Shown here one piece after another: positions 18,086-27,400 of a stretch of DNA of 64,000 bases (position 1 is the first letter of the stretch; every line of letters starts with the position of its first letter). The DNA lies in contig JAAFIH010000026.1 in the NCBI GenBank assembly GCA_013297755.1, forward strand, positions 281-64,280, in the 5' to 3' direction. A program made the position numbers and the translations under genes. The DNA comes from Cytophagales bacterium (GTDB lineage Bacteria > Bacteroidota > Bacteroidia > Cytophagales > UBA9547). The notes beneath the pieces are model-generated. The model did no database searches and was not told the origin of the DNA. It saw only the letters and a list, made by a program, of their open reading frames with translations.

Positions 18086-19301
18086 AATATTTGTAAATGA
18101 AAGCCATACCAATAGTAGTTTGGTGATCAATTCCTTTACCAGTATTATCTTTATACTGACCTCTACCTGGAGCAGCATCTACTCTAAATTCTGGTTTCAA
18201 GATTACGTGTCCATCTGACAATGTAATGGGTAATGTAACAGTAAGGGCATTATTAATAGTACCAATTAAATTATTTCTAGCTCCACTTTTGTTGTTAAAA
18301 TGCTCATATCTTACACCTATTCCTAAGAAATCTGTAATTTTATAATTTGCATAAAAGGCAGCTCCACCCCAGTCGTGTTTCTTTTTGAAAATTGTGCCAT
18401 TTCCGCCTGTTGGGTTTAACACATCTTGTTCGTAATTAATCATACCATAAGCAGCATTTAAGCCTATATATAATTTGTCGGTAGCTTGTAAACCAATGTT
18501 AAGATCAAATAAGTTTCTAGTATAAGGTACAACAGTAACTGGTGAAATAGCATTTAAATTTGTACTATTAAATCCAGACAAACCCTGTCCATCATTAGAT
18601 GGTTTACCTGTAGATGATGATGCAATTCTTGCTTGATCATCTCCATATCCACCAATCCAGTTCAAATACATACCAAATTTAGAAGAAGGATTGATAGCGA
18701 TTACACCTATCAAAGATTTTTGAGTTTTGTAATCTACTAAGTTATCCCAGTTGTTTACAACACCACCAGTTATTCTTAACCAATCAGTAGCTATAAACTG
18801 AATTTTTGCTCCAATATGGTAGAAAGGACCATTATTAAACAAATTTGAAAGCGAATAATTGTAGTTATTTGGAGCATCTACACCTTCATATCCAATATGT
18901 GTAGCAAATTGACCTACTGTAAAGTTCAATTTTTTAGACAAATTGTATTTAAAGTAAGCTTGCTTGATTGCAACTGAATTACCACCAATTCCAAAGTCTA
19001 AATTTCCAAAGTTTGCAAGTCTGGCATAAGGACCAAAAACTAAATCCATTACCAATTCAGAATTTCTGTTAGTATAAGCAAATCTAGTTTGTACCAAACC
19101 TAAAGCAAATTGATTGTTTTTAACATCAAAAGGTCTGTTTTGTAATTCAGTAACAGCACTTTCATTTTGAAATTTGTAATTGTAATAAGAATCAATATAA
19201 CCGTTGAGGGTAAATTTGCCTGCGGTTTTGGTTGAGTCTTGTGCAAAAGCTAAGCCAGAAGCTAATAATCCAGCAGCTAATGAGTAAATTGTCTTTTTCA
19301 T
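18084..19301 (-). CDS. Outer-membrane beta-barrel porin
   Basis: Signal peptide MKKTIYSLAAGLLASGLAFAQ, alternating amphipathic strands, and an aromatic C-terminus ...GMAFIYKY. Confidence 0.7.
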   Translation of the reverse strand: MKKTIYSLAAGLLASGLAFAQDSTKTAGKFTLNGYIDSYYNYKFQNESAVTELQNRPFDVKNNQFALGLVQTRFAYTNRNSELVMDLVFGPYARLANFGNLDFGIGGNSVAIKQAYFKYNLSKKLNFTVGQFATHIGYEGVDAPNNYNYSLSNLFNNGPFYHIGAKIQFIATDWLRITGGVVNNWDNLVDYKTQKSLIGVIAINPSSKFGMYLNWIGGYGDDQARIASSSTGKPSNDGQGLSGFNSTNLNAISPVTVVPYTRNLFDLNIGLQATDKLYIGLNAAYGMINYEQDVLNPTGGNGTIFKKKHDWGGAAFYANYKITDFLGIGVRYEHFNNKSGARNNLIGTINNALTVTLPITLSDGHVILKPEFRVDAAPGRGQYKDNTGKGIDHQTTIGMAFIYKY

Positions 19302-19676
19302 AAGATAGGTTTTAAGGGTTGAAAATTAATTTAAGTTAATAAAATCTTATTGCAAACATAATTATTAAAAGTTACAATACAATTATTTTTAAAGAAATTG
19401 TAGATTTTTTTTTAAAAATAATTAAACATAAGTATGTAAATAGCTGATTATCAGAGGTTTATCTAATTATATTTTTATTAAACTTTTTTATATAATTAAC
19501 GTAACTTAGGCAGAAATCATTGTTTATTTATATAATTACCTTTAAAATAATCCTTTCTAAATAAAGATTGTATCAAAAAAATACAATTTGAGTTGAATTT
19601 TAAACCTAATTTAAAGAATAATACGATTTTTGTAAAAAAGCCACAAATGCACGAATTTTAATCAATACACAAAAAG

Positions 19677-19721
19677 CCCAACTCCCTTATCCCATATGGA
19701 GGGGGTTGGGGATTTTTTTTT
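19677..19721 (+). terminator. Orphan GC-rich hairpin plus T9 (terminator-like; possibly a dispersed repeat-family member or an sRNA 3' end)
   Basis: cccaactccc (19677-19686) pairs with gggggttggg (19701-19710), followed by ga+T9. No plus-strand gene lies upstream. It is flanked by two gccacaaatgcac(g/a)aa copies, at about 19640 and about 19778. Confidence 0.45.
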
Positions 19722-19879
19722 AATTTTAATGCTTACGCATTTATTAAGCTACTAATGTACGAGTGTATTTAGATAAAGCCACAAATGCACAAACTTAATT
19801 TTTATAGTTTTAATGTAAATATGTATATCTTACATTAAAATAGCACATGTAAAGTAGCAATTTATTGAAGCTAATTAAC

Positions 19880-19905
19880 AAAAAAAGAGGCATAAGCCTC
19901 TTTTT
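19880..19905 (-). terminator. Intrinsic terminator after rpsU
   Basis: gaggc-ataa-gcctc flanked by A/T runs, about 20 nt beyond the rpsU stop. Confidence 0.7.
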
Positions 19906-19924
19906 GATGTATGGATTGAGTCAA

Positions 19925-20122
19925 TTAAGCCTCGTTATGATTTCCAAATTTATTGTTTTTGTAAACTGCATCTTTCCATTGCTCACGGTTGATGATAGAA
20001 GGCTTGATAAAGGCTTGTCTTCTACGAAGTTCTTTTAAAACACCAGTTTTTTCAAACTTTTTCTTAAAGCGTTTTAATGCTTTATCTATATTTTCGTTTT
20101 CTTTAATATTTATTAATAACAT
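19925..20122 (-). CDS. rpsU: 30S ribosomal protein S21
   Basis: ALKRFKKKFEKTGVLKELRRRQAFIKPS; 65 aa. Confidence 0.85.
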   Translation of the reverse strand: MLLINIKENENIDKALKRFKKKFEKTGVLKELRRRQAFIKPSIINREQWKDAVYKNNKFGNHNEA

Positions 20123-20132
20123 ATATTTGAAA

Positions 20133-20888
20133 TTATGCGTTTTCTACTACTTTTTCTTCTGATACACCTTCTTTTTCTTCAATAGCTGCATCTTTATCCA
20201 TTTTTCTTTCTTGCAAACCTTCTTCTATTGCTTTAGTAATACAAGATACTATTACAGATATAGATTTGTAAGCATCGTCATTTCCAGGAATTGGATAATC
20301 AATAGCATTTGGATCAGAATTGGTATCAACTATACCAAAAACTGGAATACCCAATTTTTTGGCTTCGGCTACTGCAAGATGTTCTTTTTTAACATCTACT
20401 ATAAATAAGGCTGCTGGAATACGGGTTTGGTCTGCTATACCACCAAGTACTTTTTGAAGTTTATCTTTCTCACGGCTCAACATCAATCTTTCTTTTTTGC
20501 TGATGTTGGCATAAATATCTTCTTTACCCATACGATCAAGGGTAGACATTTTTTTGAGTGATTTACGAACTGTAGTGAAGTTGGTAAGCATACCGCCCAA
20601 CCATCTTTCGGTTACATAAAGCATTTTTAATTTTTCGGCTTCGGTCGAAACAATTTCTTTAGCTTGTTTTTTTGTAGCAACAAACATTATTTTTTTGCCC
20701 GATTTTACTATACCTTTCATTGCTTGACAAGCATCCTCCAAGCAAGTTACAGTTTTATTAAGATCAATGATATGAATACCATTTTTCTCCATAAAAATAT
20801 AAGGAGCCATTTTAGGATTCCATTTACTTGTAAGATGTCCGAAGTGAACACCTGCGTCTAACAAATCTTTATATTCAATTTTTGCCAT
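20133..20888 (-). CDS. rpsB: 30S ribosomal protein S2
   Basis: LLDAGVHFGHLTSKWNPKMAPYIF...GIHIIDL. Confidence 0.95.
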   Translation of the reverse strand: MAKIEYKDLLDAGVHFGHLTSKWNPKMAPYIFMEKNGIHIIDLNKTVTCLEDACQAMKGIVKSGKKIMFVATKKQAKEIVSTEAEKLKMLYVTERWLGGMLTNFTTVRKSLKKMSTLDRMGKEDIYANISKKERLMLSREKDKLQKVLGGIADQTRIPAALFIVDVKKEHLAVAEAKKLGIPVFGIVDTNSDPNAIDYPIPGNDDAYKSISVIVSCITKAIEEGLQERKMDKDAAIEEKEGVSEEKVVENA

Positions 20889-20921
20889 ATTCTTTTTAAA
20901 TATCTATATATGTGTAATAAA

Positions 20922-21308
20922 TTACCTTTTAACCCACTGAAATCTTCTACGAGCTTTTTTGCGACCTGGTTTCTTACGTTCAACCATTCTCGAATCACGT
21001 GTCATAAATCCTTCTTTTTTAAGTACAGATTTGTCTTCTGCTGCGTTGTCTACTAGAGCTCTTGCAATGGCAAGTCTTATAGCCTCGGCCTGTCCAGTGA
21101 TACCGCCACCATCTACATTGATGTTTATATCAAACATAGCTAGTTTTTGCGTAAGTACAAGGGGTTGATTTACTATAATTCTTTTGATTTCTGAAGGAAA
21201 ATATTGGTCTAATACTTTGCCATTTACAGTGATACTGCCTGCTCCTGGTTGCATATACAAGCGAGCTACTGAAGTCTTTCTTCTACCTATTGTATTGATT
21301 ACTGACAT
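20922..21308 (-). CDS. rpsI: 30S ribosomal protein S9
   Basis: GRRKTSVARL...PGRKKARRRFQWVKR. Confidence 0.95.
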   Translation of the reverse strand: MSVINTIGRRKTSVARLYMQPGAGSITVNGKVLDQYFPSEIKRIIVNQPLVLTQKLAMFDININVDGGGITGQAEAIRLAIARALVDNAAEDKSVLKKEGFMTRDSRMVERKKPGRKKARRRFQWVKR

Positions 21309-21754
21309 TATGAAAGGGATATTGTTTGAGGATTTTGTGCTGCGTGTGGATGTGAAGAACCTTCATACACATATAAATTAGTAAAAAGTTGTCTGCCCAA
21401 TCTTGTTTTTGGCAACATTCTCCTTACAGCTAATTCGATTAATTTTCTAGGGTCTTTGTTTAATATTTCTTGAGGCGAAGCAAATCTTTGTCCACCTGGA
21501 TAACCTGTATAGCGTGTATGAACTCTATCAGTTAATTTTTTGCCTGTTAATCTTACTTTTTCGGCATTGATAACTATGACATTATCTCCACAATCTACAA
21601 AAGGTGTGTATGATGGTTTTCTTTTACCTCTTAGTACCATGGCAATATTGCTACTCATTCTTCCTAGAATGGCTGCTTCTGCATCTACAAGTACCCAATT
21701 TTTATCAGAGGTCTTGTTGTTTACGTACGTTGTTTTATAACTTTGTATATCCAC
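21308..21754 (-). CDS. rplM: 50S ribosomal protein L13
   Basis: WVLVDAEAAILGRMSSNIAMVLRGK...YTGYPGG. Confidence 0.95.
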   Translation of the reverse strand: MDIQSYKTTYVNNKTSDKNWVLVDAEAAILGRMSSNIAMVLRGKRKPSYTPFVDCGDNVIVINAEKVRLTGKKLTDRVHTRYTGYPGGQRFASPQEILNKDPRKLIELAVRRMLPKTRLGRQLFTNLYVYEGSSHPHAAQNPQTISLS

Positions 21755-21922
21755 TTGTTTTATTTCTATTAGAAACTAATTCTTCAAAAAGGACTGCAAA
21801 TGTAGTAATTGTTTTTTGATTTGCAATATTTCTTTTATTTATTTTTTTGTTTTTCTATATTTTTATCAACATTTTCATTTTTATAGGTATCAACCAACCC
21901 ATTTGCAAATATCTTTTCATTT

Positions 21923-22828
21923 TTAAATGACTATTTCTAAGCCTTTTACTGAAAGTATTGTATTTTCAAATTCTTGTTTTGCTTCATCCAAAAATGGTTC
22001 TATGTTGTTGTATCTGGCCGAAAAATGTCCAATGATTAATTGATTTACTTTTGCTTTTTTGGCTATTATAGCTGCTTGTTGGGCTGTGCTATGATATGTG
22101 GCGGTTGCCCTAGAGGAATGTTCGTTGGTAAATGTGGCTTCGTGGTACAATAAATCTACATGATTGATGTATTGTATAATATTTTCATCAAAAATGGTAT
22201 CGCTACAATAGGCAAATGTTTTGGGAAGGGGTGCTGGAGTAGTGTAATCGCTATTTTTATAAAGTAATTGGCCGTTAGTATCCCATACATCATGCCCTTT
22301 TTTGAGCGTTTGAATATCAGCTATTTTGATATTTGAGGGTAATTTATCTTTTATAATTTTGTTTTCTTGGTTTGTTTCTTTGATTAAAAAGCCAGTGGTA
22401 GGTATTCGGTGGCTTAGTGGAAAGGCCATCAAGGCTATATCTTTGTTTTCAAATATTTTATAATATTTATCAGTGTTTGTTTCAATTATAATGAGTTCAA
22501 AATGTAAGGTAGTGTTTTGGTATTGAAATTGTAAGGATAAAATTTCTTTTAACCCAGGTGGTGCCACTATGGTTAGTTCTTTTTCACGCCCCCACGAGTT
22601 TAGGGTTGAAATCAAGCTAAAAACACCTGCATAGTGGTCGCCATGAAGATGCGTTATTAATATATGTGTTAATTTATTAAAATTGATATGAAACTCCAAC
22701 AATTTATATTGTGTACCTTCTCCACAATCAATAAGATAATATTTATTTTTGTGTTCAACAATCACTGAAGAGGGGCTTCGTTCTAGTGAGGGCGATGCTG
22801 ATCCATTGCCAAGTACTTTTATTTTCAT
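21923..22828 (-). CDS. rnz: Ribonuclease Z (MBL-fold)
   Basis: LIDCGEGTQ and ITHLHGDHYAG (HxHxDH); 301 aa. Confidence 0.8.
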   Translation of the reverse strand: MKIKVLGNGSASPSLERSPSSVIVEHKNKYYLIDCGEGTQYKLLEFHINFNKLTHILITHLHGDHYAGVFSLISTLNSWGREKELTIVAPPGLKEILSLQFQYQNTTLHFELIIIETNTDKYYKIFENKDIALMAFPLSHRIPTTGFLIKETNQENKIIKDKLPSNIKIADIQTLKKGHDVWDTNGQLLYKNSDYTTPAPLPKTFAYCSDTIFDENIIQYINHVDLLYHEATFTNEHSSRATATYHSTAQQAAIIAKKAKVNQLIIGHFSARYNNIEPFLDEAKQEFENTILSVKGLEIVI

Positions 22829-22894
22829 TCCACAAAATTAATATCTTTTATTTTACTTGTTTATAAAGTATTTATTTTTTTTAAAATTATTGAA

Positions 22895-23040
22895 TTAATG
22901 GTTAGTGGTTAGTGGTTAATTGTTAATGGTTAATTGTTAATTGTTAATTGTTAATTGTTAATTGTTAATTGTTAATTGTTAATGGTTAATTGTTAATGGT
23001 TAATTGTTAAAGGTTATAACTTATAACTTATAACTTATTG
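22895..23040 (+). repeat. Degenerate heptanucleotide array of about 21 units (TTAATGG/TTAGTGG/TTAATTG, ending in TTATAAC x3)
   Basis: Period-7 register is maintained from 22895 to about 23040, between the divergent rnz and response-regulator genes. Confidence 0.9.
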
Positions 23041-23346
23041 ATAATTTTACAATCAGTGGTTTTTAGCTTCAATTTGATTATAATCCTTACAAAGAATATT
23101 TTTATTTGTACATGTTTAAATAAAATGTTTGTTCTTTTTTGAAAATTAAATTACATCTTTATTATTAAAAAAATTAATTCTTTTTATGTTTTTTTATTGA
23201 TATTCAATCAGTTATATAAAAATAAATTTGTATATTTTTAATTTATTACATCTATTTAAAAAATTGATATGTTTTTTTTTGGGAAGTCAATAAACTTAAT
23301 TTAATTTTGAGCGTAAGAAATCAACAATATTAAATATATCCCCAAT

Positions 23347-23763
23347 ATGACAAATGCTACTAAATTGAATGCCGTAATGTTGATAGATGATAATGAAATA
23401 GATAATCTTATTAATCAAAAAATGATTGAGTCTGTCAATCTATCAAATAATATTTTTATTCATTCTGGTGCCAAAAGTGCGTTAGAATATTTAAGAAATA
23501 TAGAAAAAATAAAGGTTGGGGTCGAAAATTTTTTGCCAGAGCTTATATTTTTAGATATTGATATGCCATTGATGGATGGATTTCAGTTTATTGACGAGTT
23601 TGATAAATTATCAGAAAATACAAAATCGTTTTGTAATATTGTATTACTTACATCCTCGCTAGACCCCAAAGATGTTTCAAAATCAAAGAAAAATAATCAT
23701 GTATTAAAGTACTTAAATAAGCCACTTTCGCAAGATAGTTTACGTAAATTAATAGAAACTTAG
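23347..23763 (+). CDS. Single-domain response regulator (CheY-like receiver)
   Basis: MLIDDNEIDN...LIFLDIDMPLMDG...LLTSS...KP receiver motifs, with no output domain. Confidence 0.8.
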   Translation: MTNATKLNAVMLIDDNEIDNLINQKMIESVNLSNNIFIHSGAKSALEYLRNIEKIKVGVENFLPELIFLDIDMPLMDGFQFIDEFDKLSENTKSFCNIVLLTSSLDPKDVSKSKKNNHVLKYLNKPLSQDSLRKLIET

Positions 23764-23890
23764 TTTTTTTTTGATTTATTTTTTTGACTTTTTTTTGTTT
23801 TTTTTTAATATGTACTAACTACATAGCTCTACATATTTATTTTTCTGTTATTTTTACCATTTAATAATGGTAAAAACAATAAATTGATAT

Positions 23891-24484
23891 ATGATAGCGT
23901 TTTTAGAAGGAATAATTGTAGAACTTAATCCTGCTTTGGTGGTAGTGAATGTGCAGGGTGTAGGCTACGAGGTTAGGGTTTCGGTGCGTACATACACTCA
24001 ACTAAAAGGGCAAACTAAGTGTAAATTGAATACTTTTTTGAGTATAAAAGAAGATGCACATACGTTGTTTGGTTTTTTTGACTTAGAGGAAAAGAAAAGT
24101 TTTTTAGATTTAATATCCATTTCGGGAGTAGGCCCAGGCACTGCACTTACAGTGTTGTCATCTTTAAGTTTTGATGAGTTGAACACTGCTATTTTGAAAG
24201 AGGATTTAAAAACAATTCAATCTATCAAGGGTATTGGATTGAAAACAGCCCAAAGAATTATATTAGAATTAAAAGATAAAGTCAAAAAAGATGGAATTGT
24301 TGGATTATCTCAAAATATTAACCTAAATTCGCACTCTGCCATGCGTCAGGATGCTTTGGCGGCACTTGTGTCGCTTGGAATACCTAAAGCATCGGCCGAA
24401 CGCACCATAGACACTATACTCAAAACGCATGATTCTACCATTACTACAGAACAAATTATAAAAATTGCATTAAAATCTGCGTAA
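23891..24484 (+). CDS. ruvA: Holliday junction branch-migration complex subunit RuvA
   Basis: MIAFLEG...VNVQGVGYEV...LISISGVGPGTAL...IKGIGLKTAQRIILELK. Confidence 0.9.
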   Translation: MIAFLEGIIVELNPALVVVNVQGVGYEVRVSVRTYTQLKGQTKCKLNTFLSIKEDAHTLFGFFDLEEKKSFLDLISISGVGPGTALTVLSSLSFDELNTAILKEDLKTIQSIKGIGLKTAQRIILELKDKVKKDGIVGLSQNINLNSHSAMRQDALAALVSLGIPKASAERTIDTILKTHDSTITTEQIIKIALKSA

Positions 24485-24495
24485 TCTATTTTTGA

Positions 24496-27400
24496 TTGAG
24501 TACGAGTAAATTTTATTTTAGTAATTGGATTTTTTTGAGAGGTTTTTGCCTTTTTTTGATATTGACTTTTTCGATAAAGTTGAGCAGTCAGTCTTTGTCT
24601 GATTCTACCCAAAACAAGAAATATGTTCCATCAAAACGACCAACCTACAAGCCAAAAGATAGGTATGGCGATGCTTATATGGATAAACAAGGCAAATCTC
24701 CGTTCTATGATATAAAACTAAAAAATTCAAAAACAGATGTAGAGATAGACGAAAGTGGGAAATTTTATCGTGTAAACGAAAAAATGAATGGTACAGATGT
24801 GCGTAATCCCTCAGAAATGACTTACGAACAATACAAAGCCTACCAAAAAAAGCAAACGATAAAAAACTTTTATTCTCAAAAATCTAAAGAAAAAGAAGAG
24901 AAAGGACCCGAAACAGCCAAAAGTAGATCGTTGGTACCAAGAATATACATGAACCCAAGTTTGGATAGAATCTTTGGTGGCAATTATATAGATGTAAAAC
25001 TCAATGGCTCTGTTCTGATAGATTTTGGATATCGCATATCGAGTGTGGATAATCCTGCTACGCCTGTCAATTTGAGAACCATAGGTCAGTTTATTTTTGA
25101 TCAAAATATTGCTATGAATGCCCAGGGCAAAATTGGCGAAAAATTAAAACTTACCATAAATCAAGATACAAAATCGCAATTTGATTTTGACAATACCATT
25201 AAAATAGAATATACATCAACAGAAACAGAAATTATCCAAAAAATAGAGGCAGGAAATGTAAGTTTACCATTGAATAATAGCTTGATTACAGGAGCTCAAA
25301 ATTTGTTTGGATTAAAAGCTACTTTGAAATTTGGCCGCCTTACGGCCATAGCAGTGGCCGCCCAACAACGTGGCCGTGCTGATGAGATAAAAGTAGATGG
25401 GGGAGCACAAGTAAGAAAATTTGAAATCAGAGCAAGCGAATACCAAGATAATCAACATTATTTTTTGGCACATTTTTTTAGAGACAAATATGAAGAAGCC
25501 TTAGCTACTATGCCATTTGTAAACTCAGGAGTGATGATAACGAGGGTAGAAGTATGGGTTACAAATAGAGATAATACCACCCAGGGGCTCAGAAATATAG
25601 CTGCATTGATGGATTTAGGAGAAAATAAATTTTATAATAAAGCTGATATTTTTCCTGCTTTTGACAATTTGCCTGTCGCCAGAAACAATGCCAACTCTTT
25701 GAGTAGATTGATAAATGATAACAACATTTTGAGTAGAAATGCTGATAATCTAAACAATTTGCTTTCGGGACAAGGTTTTGAAAATGGAAACGACTTTGAA
25801 TTAGTAAGAAATGCTAAGTTGTTAGATCCATCGAGGTATCGATTTCATCCTCAATTAGGATATATTTCGCTCAATTCGCCCCTAAGTAGAGATGATGTAA
25901 TGGCAGTGGCCTTTGAATATTCGTATCGTGGAGTTACTTATAGGGTAGGGGAGTTTTCGGGAGATAACGGCTTGCAAACTAATGAGCAAAATTCGGCTCT
26001 TTATGTCAAATTATTACGACCCAGCACCATTCGTACTGATGTACCTATGTGGGATTTGCAAATGAAAAACATTTACTCTATAGGTAGTACTCAAATTTCT
26101 AAAGAAAATTTCCAATTTAGAATTACTTATAGAGACGACAAAACCCAGCTAAATAATCCAGTTTTGAAATTTGGTGGAACACCAGAAATCGAAAATTTCA
26201 AAGGAATAAATGTAGGAGGCATTGATGGTAAGCCATTGATACAAGTCATGAAATTGGATCAGTTGAATATGAGCAACGACCCACAGCCAGATGGTAATTT
26301 TGATTTTGTAGAAAGCGTAGCTAATCAAACTAGCCTAGCCCCTGTACCTACGCCTGGTACACAGCCAAGTTTATCTAATACAGGTACACCAGGCACTGCT
26401 GGTGCAACAACAGACCCAACCAACCCAAATAATGCAGCCCAAAGTAATGCTATCAATAATCAAAGTACCAACAAAATGACCAGTGTAACGATAGACCCTG
26501 GCTTTGGTAGAGTAATATTTCCAGTATTAGAGCCCTTTGGGCGAACCCTAAGGCAAGGTTTAGGAAACGATACCCTAAGGCAGCCTGAGTTGGTAGGCAA
26601 ATATGTGTATGACGAGATTTATAGAAAAACAAAATCTGATGTACTACAAATTGCTGGCAAGAATAAGTATTTTTTGGTAGGTCAGTTGCAATCTTCGTCT
26701 TCGGATGTGATACAGTTTGCAAGTTTTGGTGGAAATATTGATCCAAAATTTGTGAATGTTTTTTCTGGGTCTAACAGATTGACTGAAAACCAAGATTATA
26801 TATTACAAGCCGATTTAGGGCAAGTCAAAATTATAAATCCTACTTACTTGATGTCGGGCCAACAAGTAAGAGTTACTTACGATAAATCAGATTTGTTTCA
26901 GGTTCGCCAAAGGGCTTTTTGGGGTACAAGGCTTGATTATAAAGTAAGCAAGGACATAGCCTTTGGGGGTACTTTTCTTAATTTGAGCGAACGACCCATG
27001 ATTACTAGGGTAAGTATTGGCGATGAGCCTGTGAGCAACTCTATCATTGGTTTGGACGGAACCTATAAACGAGAAAGCGGTTTTATTACCAAAATGTTGG
27101 ATAAATTGCCTGTGTATAATACCAAAGAAAAATCTACAATACAGGCCCAAGGAGAGTTTGCAAAATTATTTACTGGTTCGCCAGAGTTGGTAAATAAAGG
27201 TGGCAAACCCAATTATTTTATAGATGATTTTGAATTTAGTCAACAACCTACCAATTTGGGAGCTTCGCCCCAAACTAATTGGCGGGTGTCTTCGGCTCCA
27301 AAAGATTTGCAAGGCGATAATTATAATCCATTGACAAATAAATTGGCCGTTTACGACAATAGAGCAAGATTGGCTTGGTACACCATTGATAATTCATTTT

